Source: an uncultured beta proteobacterium
GTDB taxonomy: Bacteria > Pseudomonadota > Gammaproteobacteria > Burkholderiales > SG8-39
Reading direction: 5' to 3'
Length of the DNA: 64,000 nt
Assembly (NCBI GenBank): GCA_903928055.1
Contig: CAIYPG010000046.1
Span: 2,639-66,638 of the forward strand
The position numbers and the translations under genes are program-made. Positions 45,863 to 57,115 of this stretch are shown in pieces. The stretch's first letter is position 1, and each line of letters opens with the position of its first letter. The notes under the pieces are model-generated. The model was given only the letters and a program-made list of their open reading frames with translations. It had not been told where the DNA came from and ran no database searches.

Positions 45863-47446
45863 TCAGTGACGGAAATGCCGTATGCCGGTAAACACCATGG
45901 CCACGCCGCGCTCGTCGGCGGCGGCAATCACTTCGTCATCACGCATGCTGCCGCCGGGCTGGATGACCGCAGTGGCGCCGGAATCGATGACCACGTCCAG
46001 CCCGTCGCGGAAGGGAAAGAATGCATCCGAGGCCACGACAGTGTCCTTCAGCGAGAGGCCGGCCGCCTGGGCCTTGATGCTGGCGATGCGCGCCGAGTCG
46101 AGGCGGCTCATCTGGCCCGCGCCCACGCCCATGGTCATGCCGTCCTTGCAGAACACGATGGCATTGGATTTGACGTATTTGCCGACGCGCCAGGCAAACA
46201 GGAGATCGCCCAACTGTGCTGCGGTAGGCTGCTTTTTCGTGACGATCTTCAGGTTCGCGCGGGTGATCTCGTGGTTGTCCGCGGTCTGGATCAGGAGACC
46301 CGAGCCGACGCGCTTCACGTCATGGCTGTTGCGGCCATTTTTGCCGTCCGGGCCCGGCGGGATTTCCAGCACGCGCACATTGGCCTTGGCGGCGAAGACC
46401 TTCAATGCGGCATCGTCAATTTTCGGAGCCATCACGACTTCGACGAATTGTTTGGACACGGCCTCGGCTGTGGCAGCGTCAACCGGCCGGTTGAAGGCGA
46501 TGATGCCGCCGAACGCCGAGGTGGGATCGGTCGAGAGGGCCTTTTTGTAGGCTTCCAGCGCATTCGCGCCGAGTGCCACGCCGCAGGGATTGGCGTGCTT
46601 GACGATGACACAGGCCGTCTGCCCTGCCATGTCATCAAAGGTCTTGACGCATTCCCACGCAGCATCCGAGTCGGCGATGTTGTTGTAGGACAGTTCCTTG
46701 CCCTGGAGCTGGCGTGCCGTGGCGAGCGTGCCCGGCGCGGGATAAAGGTCGCGGTAGAACGCCGCGCTCTGGTGCGGGTTCTCGCCGTAGCGAAGGTCCT
46801 GCAGCTTCACGAAGCGGCCGTTGGACTGCCCCGGGAATTCGCTCTTCGAGCCGTCCGGCTGGAGTGCGGACAGGTAATCGCTGATGGCGGCGTTGTAATT
46901 GGAGATGCGATTGAAGGCCGCCACCGCCAGCGCGAAACGCGTCTTCTGCGAGACCGAGCCCTGGGCTCCGATCTCGGCCAGCGCTTCGGCGTATTGCGAC
47001 GGGTCGGTCAGCACCGCCACGCCCTGCCAGTTCTTGGCCGCGGAACGCACCATGGCCGGGCCGCCGATGTCGATGTTCTCGATCGCCTCCTCAAGCGTGC
47101 AGCCGGGCTTGGCCACGGTGGCCTCGAAGGGGTAGAGGTTCACCACCAGCAGGTCGATCGGGCTGATGCCATGCTGTTCGATGGCACTCATGTGCGCCGG
47201 AAGGTCACGGCGCGCCAGCAGGCCGCCGTGGATCTTCGGGTGCAGCGTCTTGACCCGGCCATCCAGCATTTCCGGGAAGCCGGTATGGTCCGCAACCTCG
47301 GTGACGGGAATGCCGTTCTCGGCGAGCAGCTTGGCCGTGCCGCCAGTGGAGAGGATGCGGATGTTGTGTCTGGCGAGGCCCCGGGCCAGTTCAACGAGGC
47401 CGGTCTTGTCTGAGACGCTGATCAGCGCCTGGCGGATCTGTGCCAT
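45863..47446 (-). CDS. purH: bifunctional AICAR transformylase / IMP cyclohydrolase
   Basis: [13 protein letters not shown].., 527 aa, ends in GIRHFRH. Confidence 0.95.
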   Translation of the reverse strand: MAQIRQALISVSDKTGLVELARGLARHNIRILSTGGTAKLLAENGIPVTEVADHTGFPEMLDGRVKTLHPKIHGGLLARRDLPAHMSAIEQHGISPIDLLVVNLYPFEATVAKPGCTLEEAIENIDIGGPAMVRSAAKNWQGVAVLTDPSQYAEALAEIGAQGSVSQKTRFALAVAAFNRISNYNAAISDYLSALQPDGSKSEFPGQSNGRFVKLQDLRYGENPHQSAAFYRDLYPAPGTLATARQLQGKELSYNNIADSDAAWECVKTFDDMAGQTACVIVKHANPCGVALGANALEAYKKALSTDPTSAFGGIIAFNRPVDAATAEAVSKQFVEVVMAPKIDDAALKVFAAKANVRVLEIPPGPDGKNGRNSHDVKRVGSGLLIQTADNHEITRANLKIVTKKQPTAAQLGDLLFAWRVGKYVKSNAIVFCKDGMTMGVGAGQMSRLDSARIASIKAQAAGLSLKDTVVASDAFFPFRDGLDVVIDSGATAVIQPGGSMRDDEVIAAADERGVAMVFTGIRHFRH

Positions 47447-47452
47447 GGCCGG

Positions 47453-47701
47453 TTACAGCTTTATCTTCAGCATCAGCATCTTCTTGCGCAGGGTATTGCG
47501 GTTGATGCCCAGCATTTCGGCGGCAATGGTCTGGTTGCCCTCGGCGTGGTCAAGGATGGCCTCGAGCAGGGGGCGCTCCACGTTGCGGATCACCATGTCG
47601 TAGACCGATCGCGGCTTTTCGCCGTCGAGGTCCTTGAAGTATTTTTCCAGCGACCGCTTCACGCAGTCGGCGATCTCGTTTGTCTGTCGTATTGCGGTCA
47701 T
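47453..47701 (-). CDS. fis: DNA-binding protein Fis
   Basis: 82 aa. The C-terminal HTH GNQTIAAEMLGINRNTLRKKM is typical. The start overlaps the dusB stop (ATGA). Confidence 0.9.
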   Translation of the reverse strand: MTAIRQTNEIADCVKRSLEKYFKDLDGEKPRSVYDMVIRNVERPLLEAILDHAEGNQTIAAEMLGINRNTLRKKMLMLKIKL

Positions 47702-48720
47702 GCGGCCAGCTCCATCATCTCCGTCTCCTCCACGTAGCGCAGCCGCCGGTCGCCTGTCGCGAGCTCCTCGAAGAAGCGGTTGATCGCCTCGAGTTGCTCG
47801 TTGCAGGTCGCCAGCGTGTTCATGCGATGGCGGAAGCTCGCCGATCCGGTGAGCCCCTTCGTGTACCACGATATGTGCTTGCGTGCGATCTTGACGCCGC
47901 GCTCGATGCCATAGAACGAATGCAGGTCATGCAGGTGCGCAACCAATATTGTGTGAATTTCCGACACCAGTGGTGACGGCAGCTTCTCGCCGGTGGCGAG
48001 GAAATGCTCGATTTCGCGGAAGATCCAGGGACGGCCCTGGGCGGCGCGCCCGATCATGATGCCATCGGCGCCGGTATAGTCGAGAACGTGTTTGGCATCT
48101 TCAGGCGTGATGATGTCGCCGTTGGCGATCACCGGCAGGTGCGTGGCCGCCTTCACCTCGCGGATGGTGTCGTATTCGGCGTGTCCCGTGTAGCCACAGG
48201 CGCGCGTGCGCCCGTGGATGGACAGCAGTCGTATGCCGGCGTCGGCGGCGATTTTCGCCACCACGAGGGCGTTTTTGTTCTGGCGGTCCCAGCCCGTGCG
48301 GAATTTCAGCGTAACCGGCACCTGCACGGCCTTCACCACGGCCTCAAGGATCTGTCCCACCAGCGGTTCGTTCTTCAGAAGCGCGGAGCCGGCCTGCACA
48401 TTGCAGACCTTCTTGGCGGGGCAGCCCATGTTGATGTCGATGATCTGCGCGCCTTCATCGACGTTGTAGCGTGCCGCATCGGCCATCATCTGCGGATCGG
48501 CGCCGGCAATCTGCACCGAGATCGGATCGGCTTCGCCATCGTGGTTGGCGCGACGGCGCGTCTTCTCGCTGCCCCAGAGCAATGAATTCGATGCCACCAT
48601 TTCCGAGACCGCGAGCCCTGCGCCGAACTGCTTGCACAGTTGTCGGAAAGGGCGGTCGGTGACTCCGGCCATGGGCGCGACAAATAGATTGTTGCGCAGT
48701 ACGTGCGTACCGATTTGCAT
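47698..48720 (-). CDS. dusB: tRNA-dihydrouridine synthase B
   Basis: ATG at 48720. NLFVAPMAGVTDRPFR, DINMGCPAKKV. Classical dusB-fis operon. Confidence 0.9.
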   Translation of the reverse strand: MQIGTHVLRNNLFVAPMAGVTDRPFRQLCKQFGAGLAVSEMVASNSLLWGSEKTRRRANHDGEADPISVQIAGADPQMMADAARYNVDEGAQIIDINMGCPAKKVCNVQAGSALLKNEPLVGQILEAVVKAVQVPVTLKFRTGWDRQNKNALVVAKIAADAGIRLLSIHGRTRACGYTGHAEYDTIREVKAATHLPVIANGDIITPEDAKHVLDYTGADGIMIGRAAQGRPWIFREIEHFLATGEKLPSPLVSEIHTILVAHLHDLHSFYGIERGVKIARKHISWYTKGLTGSASFRHRMNTLATCNEQLEAINRFFEELATGDRRLRYVEETEMMELAA

Positions 48721-48924
48721 GAACCGAACTGGAATGAGGGTTAACGGGGACAGCGGGGGAGCAATTCTATACCTAATCACTGCGTGAAAGAAATGCTGCA
48801 CACGCGTGATTATTGCGCACCAGTTTGGGCGCGAAGTTGACGCAGGAAATGCGCGGTGTTAGGAAATTTTTCCGGAAGAATGTTCAGGGCCACGCAGGAA
48901 TTGCGCGGTCCTGCGCAATGCTTT

Positions 48925-50085
48925 TCAGGGCAGCGCGCGGGCGCCGAACATCATGCGGCGTGAAAGCAGGCGGCGTGCCGGCGGCACGCTGTCGAAAAAC
49001 GCCAGCCCTGCGCCGCGCAGCAGCGATGCAAACGGCAATTGCATGCCGAACGCCCCGATCATGCCATCGGTGATGCGCACCATGACATTGCGGTCCAGGC
49101 TGCGGCTGTTGGTGTAATGCTTTGTGAACGTGGCGCTGCCGATGTCGGCGGCAGGACTGTCCGGATGCGCATCGGCGCTGTCGGTGATCTGCTGGGCCAG
49201 TTCCCAGACATCGCGCAGCGCCAGATTGAGCCCCTGTCCGGCGACCGGATGCAGTGTCTGCGCGGCGCTGCCGATCGTGACGACATGGGCCTGTGCCGAA
49301 GCCTGGCGAAAGCGCAGCGTGAGTGGAAAGGCTGCGCGCGCGCCGGCATCGTGGAATGTGCCCAGGCGCCGGCCGAAGGCCGCCTGCAGTTCGGAAAGAA
49401 AAGCGTTCTCATCGAGCGAGATCAGTCTTTCCGCTGTTTCGGTGCGCGAGGTCCACACCAGGCCGTGGCGGTCGCGAAAAGGCAGCAGGGCAATCGGGCC
49501 CTCGGGCGTGAAACGTTCCCAGGCGGTGTTGCCGTGCGGGTGTTCGGACATGACTTCGCAGACCACGGCGCTCTGGCCGTAGGGCTTGACCTTTTCACGG
49601 CCTGCCACCGGACGCTCATCGCGCCCGCGCACGCCATCGGCGACGACCAGCAGTCGCGTCCGCAGCGTATTGCCGTCGAGTTTGACGGCGATGCCGTCGC
49701 CGTTGGGATCGGCGGCCCATTCCCGCACCACGCCCTTGCGCGCGGCGATCGCCGGTTGCGCCGGCAGGGCGGCGACCAGCTCGCGATGGCTGACGACGTA
49801 ACCCAGGGCATCGACCCCATGGTCTTCGGCCTGGATCAGCGTGCGTCCAAAACCGCCGCGCTGCGATACGTGCACCTGGCGTATCGGCGTGGTGGGCAGC
49901 TTGTCCCACAATCCGAGGCGTTCGAGGATCAGCCGGCTGCCCCAGGACAGCGCGATCGGCCGGTCATCGCCCGGCGGCACTTCGCCCACCTGCAGGATGC
50001 GCAATTGCGGGGAGAGGGGAGCCAGGGCATGGGCCAGCACCGCACCGACAGGGCCGCCGCCGGCGATGATGATGTCGACGTCCAT
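48925..50085 (-). CDS. ubiH: FAD-dependent ubiquinone-biosynthesis hydroxylase (UbiH/UbiF/VisC family)
   Basis: DVDIIIAGGGPVGAVLA dinucleotide-binding fold and GSAAQTLHPVAGQGLNL motif. Lies downstream of pepP as in E. coli. Confidence 0.7.
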   Translation of the reverse strand: MDVDIIIAGGGPVGAVLAHALAPLSPQLRILQVGEVPPGDDRPIALSWGSRLILERLGLWDKLPTTPIRQVHVSQRGGFGRTLIQAEDHGVDALGYVVSHRELVAALPAQPAIAARKGVVREWAADPNGDGIAVKLDGNTLRTRLLVVADGVRGRDERPVAGREKVKPYGQSAVVCEVMSEHPHGNTAWERFTPEGPIALLPFRDRHGLVWTSRTETAERLISLDENAFLSELQAAFGRRLGTFHDAGARAAFPLTLRFRQASAQAHVVTIGSAAQTLHPVAGQGLNLALRDVWELAQQITDSADAHPDSPAADIGSATFTKHYTNSRSLDRNVMVRITDGMIGAFGMQLPFASLLRGAGLAFFDSVPPARRLLSRRMMFGARALP

Positions 50086-50101
50086 GTCGTCTGGCAACGG
50101 G

Positions 50102-51439
50102 TCAGCGGCCAATGGTGTTTCCCGGCAACTGGCCGACCAGGGCTTCAATTTCGGCCACGGTCTTTGGTGTCGCGTAAGTGATCACGTCGCACCCCGTGGG
50201 TGTGACCAGCACATCGTCCTCGATGCGCACCCCGATGTTCCAGTAGCGTTCGGGAACGTTCTCCGCAGGGCGGATGTAACAGCCGGGCTCCACCGTGAGC
50301 ATCATGCCGGGTTCCAGCGTGCGCCATTCGCCGTTTGTTTTGTATTCGCCGGCATCGTGCACGTCGAGTCCCAGCCAGTGGCCGGTGCGGTGCATGTAGA
50401 AGCGCCGGTAGTCCTCGGTTTCGATCACGCGCTCGACCGGGCCTTCGCACAGGCCGAGCTTCACGAAACCTTCGGCCAGAGCCTGTACCGCCGCCTCATG
50501 CGGCTGGTTCCAGTGCGCGCCCGGGCCCGTGGCCTTGAAGGCGGCGTCCTGCGCTGCCAGGACCAGTTCGTAGATTTCACGCTGCGGCGTGGAGAATTTG
50601 CCGTTCACCGGCCAGGTGCGCGTGACATCGGACGCGTAGCCGTCCAGTTCGCAGCCGGCATCGACCAATAACAGGTCGCCGTCATTGAGCAGTTTGTCGT
50701 TCTCGCGGTAATGCAGCACGCAGGCGTTCGCGCCGCCGGCGACAATGGGCCAGTAGGCCGGGAACTGCGCGCCGCGACGGCGGAATTCATACAGCAGTTC
50801 GGCTTCGACCTCGTATTCCATCCCGCCAGGCCGGGTGGCGCGCATGGCGCGGATGTGCGCGCCCGCGGAAATGTCCGCCGCTTCACGCATGGTGGCGATT
50901 TCCGATTCGTCCTTTCGCAGCCGCATGTCATCGAGGAGCGTGCGGATGTCGCGGATTTCGGTCGGCGCGGCAATGCCGGCGCGAGCCTGTTCGCGCACCC
51001 GGTTCAGCCAGCCGATGATGCGCGCGTCCCAACCGGCATCGGCCCCCGGTGCGTAGAACAGCGCAGGCTGGTCGGCGAGCAGTTTCGGCAGCAGTGCGTC
51101 CAGTTCGGCAAAGGAGTACGCCTCATCGACGCCAAAACGCTCCTGCGCGGCCTCGGGGCCGTAGCGGAAGCCTTCCCACAGTTCGCGCTCGGCATGCTTT
51201 TCGCGGCAAAACAGGATGGCTCGCGGTGTCGGGCCGGCAATCTGCACCAGCAATGCTTCGGGCTCCGGAAAACCGGTCAGGTAATAGAAGTAACTGTCGT
51301 AACGATACAGGTAATCACTGTCACGGTTGCGCAGATGCTCCGGTGCCGTGGGAATGATGGCCACGCCGCAGCCCATGCGCCTGGCCAGTTCGGCGCGGCG
51401 CAGGGTGTGGGCGGAGAGATGTTTCAGGGGTGCATTCAT
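50102..51439 (-). CDS. pepP: Xaa-Pro aminopeptidase
   Basis: M24B motifs DGDLLLVDAG, HRTGHWLGLDVHD and VEPGCY. Confidence 0.9.
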   Translation of the reverse strand: MNAPLKHLSAHTLRRAELARRMGCGVAIIPTAPEHLRNRDSDYLYRYDSYFYYLTGFPEPEALLVQIAGPTPRAILFCREKHAERELWEGFRYGPEAAQERFGVDEAYSFAELDALLPKLLADQPALFYAPGADAGWDARIIGWLNRVREQARAGIAAPTEIRDIRTLLDDMRLRKDESEIATMREAADISAGAHIRAMRATRPGGMEYEVEAELLYEFRRRGAQFPAYWPIVAGGANACVLHYRENDKLLNDGDLLLVDAGCELDGYASDVTRTWPVNGKFSTPQREIYELVLAAQDAAFKATGPGAHWNQPHEAAVQALAEGFVKLGLCEGPVERVIETEDYRRFYMHRTGHWLGLDVHDAGEYKTNGEWRTLEPGMMLTVEPGCYIRPAENVPERYWNIGVRIEDDVLVTPTGCDVITYATPKTVAEIEALVGQLPGNTIGR

Positions 51440-51502
51440 GATGCCGCCATTGTGCCATTTCATGCCGCGCTGCGCGGAGAGGGTACGGAAGCCGCGCGAT
51501 GC

Positions 51503-52192
<690 letters not shown>

Positions 52193-53233
52193 CTAGAAGG
52201 TCAGGCCGGTTTTCTTGTCGACGGGATCAATCTGGTCCAGCAGTCTCGCCAGGGGCCAGAGCTCCTGGTAGCGCTCACAGGTCTTGCGCAGGTAGGACAT
52301 GACCAGCGGCTGGTCCTTGAGATAGGCGTCCTTGCCGTCGCGATGGCACAACCGGGCGAAGATGCCGAGCACCTTCAACTGGCGCTGCGCACCCATCCAT
52401 TCGAAATCCCGGTAGAACTCGCCAAAGTCCGGCTGCACCGGCAGTCCGGCCTTGTGCGCCGCCTCCCAGTAACGCGCGCACCAGTCAATCACGCGTTCTT
52501 CCGGCCAGGCAATGTAGGCATCGCGCAGCAGCGACATGAGGTCGTAGGTAATGGGACCATGCACCGCGTCCTGGAAATCCAGCACACCGGGATTGGGTGT
52601 GGCCACCATCAGGTTGCGCGAGTGATAGTCACGGTGCACGAACGCGCGCGGCTGGGCGAGATTGTTCGCGAGGAGGCGTTCAAACACGGTGTGCAGCGCC
52701 GCCTGCTGGGTGGGGGAGAGTGTGATTCCGCGCTGTTTTGCCACATACCAGTCGGGGAACAGCATGAGTTCACGCTGCAGCAGCGCGCGATCGTATTCGG
52801 GAAGCACGTTTTCGCGGCTGGCACGCTGGATTTCAATCAGCGCTGCGATGGCGTCGCGGTACAGGCGGTCGGCATTGGCACCGTCGTCAGCCTGCAATGC
52901 GGAAAGGTAGGTGGTGTTGCCAAGGTCGGACAACAGCAGGAAGCCCTGTTCGAAATTCTCGGCAAGGATGCGGGGTACGTTGACGCCCGCGGCACCGAAC
53001 AGTCGTGCCACCTGTGCGAACGGCCGGCAGTCTTCCTTGTCCGGCGGCGCATCCATGACGATCAGCGTGTCGGCCGGCCTGTCTGGCTGGGTGACGCGGA
53101 AATAACGCCGGAAACTGGCGTCGCTGGAGGCGGGTGCAAGCGTCCATGCGGCGTGCCCGAGTGCGTCGGCAAGCCATGCATCCAGTTGCCTGCTTCGCAC
53201 CGTTTGCTGCTGCACACCCTCGCTGTCCGGCAT
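52193..53233 (-). CDS. amgK: N-acetylmuramate/N-acetylglucosamine kinase (aminoglycoside-phosphotransferase fold)
   Basis: SSDASFRRYFRV and HRDYHSRNLM motifs. The MPDSEG start resembles the Pseudomonas AmgK N-terminus. Start codon uncertain (53233 or 53266). Confidence 0.7.
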   Translation of the reverse strand: MPDSEGVQQQTVRSRQLDAWLADALGHAAWTLAPASSDASFRRYFRVTQPDRPADTLIVMDAPPDKEDCRPFAQVARLFGAAGVNVPRILAENFEQGFLLLSDLGNTTYLSALQADDGANADRLYRDAIAALIEIQRASRENVLPEYDRALLQRELMLFPDWYVAKQRGITLSPTQQAALHTVFERLLANNLAQPRAFVHRDYHSRNLMVATPNPGVLDFQDAVHGPITYDLMSLLRDAYIAWPEERVIDWCARYWEAAHKAGLPVQPDFGEFYRDFEWMGAQRQLKVLGIFARLCHRDGKDAYLKDQPLVMSYLRKTCERYQELWPLARLLDQIDPVDKKTGLTF

Positions 53234-53340
53234 TCGGTTGCTGCTTTTTCCTGTTTGAATTGCCATGGCCCCTGAATTGTGCGATTTTAGCACCCGGCTT
53301 TGACCCCATAATTCCAATTTCCTTTCCTCCGCACCACCTC

Positions 53341-55668
53341 ATGCACATCCGTTTGCGCCCACTGGCGCTGGCGACAGCGCCTTGCCTGGCGCTCGCGACA
53401 GCCTTTTATCCGGCGAGCGGATTCGGCGCTGACACGCCTGCCGCCGCCTCCGCCGACGCTCCGTCCCCGCAGCCCGCTGTCAAGGCGGCTGCCGGTACCG
53501 GTCTCAAGTTGCCGGTGTATGTCAACGCCGAGCGCATTGAGGGCACCTCGGACAAGGAGGTGACCGCGAGCGGCAATGCCGAGCTTCGCAAGGGGAACGT
53601 CCTGGTCGGCGCGGACTCGCTGCGCTATGACAGCGAAACCGAGGAAATCCAGGCCCGCGGCAACGTCAGCATCCGGCGCAACGGTGATGTGCTGAGGGGG
53701 CCGTCGTTGCGCTACCGCACGGGTGACGGTACTGGCGATTTCCAGCAGCCCGACTACGTATTGTCGCCGCGCCGAAAGGCGACCAGGCCGGGAGCGCTGA
53801 TGCCCGTTGAGGGGCGCGGGCATGCCGAAGTGATTGAATTCGAGGGCGAAGAAGTCTACCGACTGAAGGATGCCACCTTCACGACCTGCAAACCGGGGGA
53901 GGCAGGGTGGTACGCCAAGGCTGGCGACATGCAACTCGACATGAACCGCGGGGTGGGCACGGCACGCGACGCTGCGCTGTACTTCATGGATGTGCCTCTG
54001 CTGTATACCCCCTGGCTGACGTTCGCGCTGAACGAAGAGCGCAAGTCCGGCTTCCTGCCACCGGGCGTCGGCAGCACGAGCAAGGGCGGCGCTGAAGTTT
54101 CCATTCCGTATTATTTCAACATCGCCCCGAACATGGACCTGACGCTTGCCGGGCGTTACATGGAAAAACGCGGAACGCAGATCAACGGCCAATTCCGCTA
54201 CCTTGAGCCGACTTTCGGCGGTGAACTCCGCTTCGAGGAATTGCCCGAAGACAAGGTGGTTGGCACGCATCGTTCGGCGCTGAGTTTCAACCATAGCTAC
54301 AATCGCGAGCTTCTGGGCGGCCGCATGGTGGGCGGCGTAAGCATCAACAAGGTCAGTGACGATGGGTATTTCCGCGACCTGTCCAGCCGTATCAACCTGA
54401 CTGCTCAGACAAACCTGCTGCGCGAGGGCTTCCTGAGCTATGTCGGGACCTGGTGGGGTACCGGTTCCTACAACGTGACCGGAAAGGTGCAGCGCTTCCA
54501 GACCCTGCAGGATCCGAGCAATCCGGTTGTAACGCCGTATTCGCGCACGCCCCAGGTATCGCTGTCAGCGATCCGCCAGGACCTGGGCGGACTGGATTTT
54601 TCCATGACCGGCGAGTACGTGGACTTTTCCCATCCGACGCTGGTGGTCGGCCGGCGCCTGACGGCCTATCCCAGCGTGTCACTGCCGCTGATTTCTTCCG
54701 GGGGCTTCATCACGCCCAAGATCGGCCTGCATACAACAAAGTACTCTTTGGACAACACCGCGGCCGGCGCGGAGCAGAATATCGTCCGTGTTCTTCCGAT
54801 TGCCAGTGTCGATTCCGGCTTGGTATTCGAACGTGAAACCAGCTTTGGCGGCAATTCCTTTACCCAGACACTGGAGCCGCGCGCCTATTACCTGCGGGTG
54901 CCGTATCGCAACCAGAACCAGATTCCGCTGTTCGACACGGCCGTCGGTGACTTCAACTATGCGCAGATTTTTTCCGAAAACAGTTTTGTTGGCGGTGACC
55001 GCATCAATGATGCCAACCAGCTGACGCTGGCATTGACGACTCGGCTGCTGTCGCCACGCACGGGGCAGGAAGCGGTGAAGGCGACCGTGGGCCAGCGTTA
55101 CTACTATGGTGACCAGGAAGTGACGCTCAATCCCGGGGATCCGCGCCGGACGGCCAAGGTTTCGGACTGGCTCGCTGCCCTTTCCGGGCGGGTCAGCCAG
55201 AACTGGACGGCCGAGACCGCGGTGCAGTACAACCCACAGGAATCCCGCAATGAGCGGTTTACCGTAGGTGCGCGCTACCAACCCGGCCCTTTCAAGGTGC
55301 TAAGCCTGTCCCATCGCTATTTGCGCGACCAGATCTCCCAGATCGACGTGTCGATTCAATGGCCGCTAATGAACAACTGGTATGGCGTGGGCCGCTACAA
55401 CTACTCGATCAGGGACAGAAGCATCGTCGAGACCCTTGCGGGGCTGGAATATAATGGAGATTGCTGGATTGCACGGTTTGTCGTCCAGAGTTTTGCCACG
55501 GCGACGGGCCAGACGACCAACGCCATGTTCGTTCAGCTGGAACTGAACGGCTTCTCGCGCATCGGGTCCAATCCGATGGAAACGCTGAAACGCAATATTC
55601 CGGGGTATTCGCGCCTGAACCAGGCACCGATGCCTTCGGCCAATCAAACCCATGATTTTTTCGATTAA
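53341..55668 (+). CDS. lptD: LPS-assembly outer membrane protein LptD
   Basis: ATG at 53341 with a signal peptide. OstA N-domain followed by a large beta-barrel. Followed by surA-pdxA-rsmA. Confidence 0.9.
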   Translation: MHIRLRPLALATAPCLALATAFYPASGFGADTPAAASADAPSPQPAVKAAAGTGLKLPVYVNAERIEGTSDKEVTASGNAELRKGNVLVGADSLRYDSETEEIQARGNVSIRRNGDVLRGPSLRYRTGDGTGDFQQPDYVLSPRRKATRPGALMPVEGRGHAEVIEFEGEEVYRLKDATFTTCKPGEAGWYAKAGDMQLDMNRGVGTARDAALYFMDVPLLYTPWLTFALNEERKSGFLPPGVGSTSKGGAEVSIPYYFNIAPNMDLTLAGRYMEKRGTQINGQFRYLEPTFGGELRFEELPEDKVVGTHRSALSFNHSYNRELLGGRMVGGVSINKVSDDGYFRDLSSRINLTAQTNLLREGFLSYVGTWWGTGSYNVTGKVQRFQTLQDPSNPVVTPYSRTPQVSLSAIRQDLGGLDFSMTGEYVDFSHPTLVVGRRLTAYPSVSLPLISSGGFITPKIGLHTTKYSLDNTAAGAEQNIVRVLPIASVDSGLVFERETSFGGNSFTQTLEPRAYYLRVPYRNQNQIPLFDTAVGDFNYAQIFSENSFVGGDRINDANQLTLALTTRLLSPRTGQEAVKATVGQRYYYGDQEVTLNPGDPRRTAKVSDWLAALSGRVSQNWTAETAVQYNPQESRNERFTVGARYQPGPFKVLSLSHRYLRDQISQIDVSIQWPLMNNWYGVGRYNYSIRDRSIVETLAGLEYNGDCWIARFVVQSFATATGQTTNAMFVQLELNGFSRIGSNPMETLKRNIPGYSRLNQAPMPSANQTHDFFD

Positions 55669-55701
55669 GGCGCGGTTTTTGCCGGCCGCCTCAAAGCAGT
55701 A

Positions 55702-57084
55702 ATGACAATTTCCCGCCGTCTGGTTTCCCGTCGCCCGGTGTTTCATTGTTTGGAGCGCCTGGCCCGTGCTGCTGCGTTCGCGCTGGCCGTGATGGCCACC
55801 GCCGTGCCGGCTTGGGGGCAGGGGGCCGCTCCTGCCCCCGTTGCACGCACCCCGATCACGCTGGTGGATCGCATCGTCGCGGTGGTGGGCAACGAGGTGA
55901 TCACCCGTTTTGAGCTGAACGAGCGGATCGAGCGCGCCGTGCAGGAACTGAACTCGCGCAAGATTTCGCTGCCGCCGCCGGATGTGCTGCGCTCGCAGGT
56001 GCTGGAACGCATGGTTGTTGAGCGGGTGCAGTTGAAATATGCGGAAGAAACCGGCCTGCGTGTCGACGACCAGCAGGTCGATGCCGCCCTGGGGCGGGTC
56101 GCCGAGAACAACAAGATGACCGTGCCTCAGTTCCGCGAGGCGCTGGAAAGGGACGGCATTCCGTTTGCCAAGTTTCGCGAGGAACTGCGCAATGAAATCA
56201 TCATGTCGCGCATGCGTGACCGCGATGTCGAGGGGCGCATCACGGTGTCGGAGAGTGAAGTCGACCTCTACATGGCCGACCAGGAGACGGCCAAGGACCA
56301 GGACAACTCGTCTGAATACGAGTTGTCGCACATTCTCGTGCGGGTTCCGGAGCAGGCCGGTCCGGAACAGATTGCAGAACGGCGCAGCCGGGCCGAAGAA
56401 GTGCTCAAGCGCCTGCGTGCGGGCGAAGATTTTGCGCAGGTCTCTGCGGCCTTTTCGGATGCGCCGGAGGCCCTGACCGGCGGTGGGCTGGGCTGGCGTC
56501 CCCGTGACCGGCTGCCCGACCTGTTTGTGGATGCGTTGGCGAAAATGAAGCCCGGCGACGTCAGCGATATTCTGAGGAGTCCGGCCGGATTCCATGTGCT
56601 CAAGCTCACCAACCAGCGCGGCGCCGGTATGCCGTTCCTGGTGGAGCAGAACCATGTCAGGCATATCCTGGTGCGCCCCAATGAAGTGTTGTCCGAGACC
56701 GAGGCGCAGCGCAAGCTGGCCAACCTGCGCGAGCGCATCGTCAATGGCGTGGACTTCGGCGAGTTGGCCAAGCTCAATTCCGATGATGGCTCGGCGCCGC
56801 GTGGTGGTGACCTGGGCTGGATTTATCCTGGGGATACGGTGCCGGAATTCGAGCGTGCCATGCGCGAACTCAAAGTGGGTGAAGTCAGCCAGCCGGTCAA
56901 ATCCCCGTTTGGCTGGCACCTCATCCAGGTGACAGAACGCCGCATGGCGGACATGGCGACTGACCGCAAGCGCATGGAGGCGCGTCGCGCCTTGCGCGAA
57001 AAGAAGAGCGAAGAGGCCTATCAGGAATGGGTGCGGCAGCTGCGTGACCGTGCCTATGTGGAGTACCGGCTGGACGAGCGCTGA
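55702..57084 (+). CDS. surA: periplasmic chaperone / peptidyl-prolyl isomerase SurA
   Basis: VDRIVAVVGNEVIT and two parvulin domains (FHVLKL.., GWHLIQV). Confidence 0.9.
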   Translation: MTISRRLVSRRPVFHCLERLARAAAFALAVMATAVPAWGQGAAPAPVARTPITLVDRIVAVVGNEVITRFELNERIERAVQELNSRKISLPPPDVLRSQVLERMVVERVQLKYAEETGLRVDDQQVDAALGRVAENNKMTVPQFREALERDGIPFAKFREELRNEIIMSRMRDRDVEGRITVSESEVDLYMADQETAKDQDNSSEYELSHILVRVPEQAGPEQIAERRSRAEEVLKRLRAGEDFAQVSAAFSDAPEALTGGGLGWRPRDRLPDLFVDALAKMKPGDVSDILRSPAGFHVLKLTNQRGAGMPFLVEQNHVRHILVRPNEVLSETEAQRKLANLRERIVNGVDFGELAKLNSDDGSAPRGGDLGWIYPGDTVPEFERAMRELKVGEVSQPVKSPFGWHLIQVTERRMADMATDRKRMEARRALREKKSEEAYQEWVRQLRDRAYVEYRLDER

Positions 57085-57115
57085 AAAGGCGCCCGGAATC
57101 AGAATCGGGGGCGAC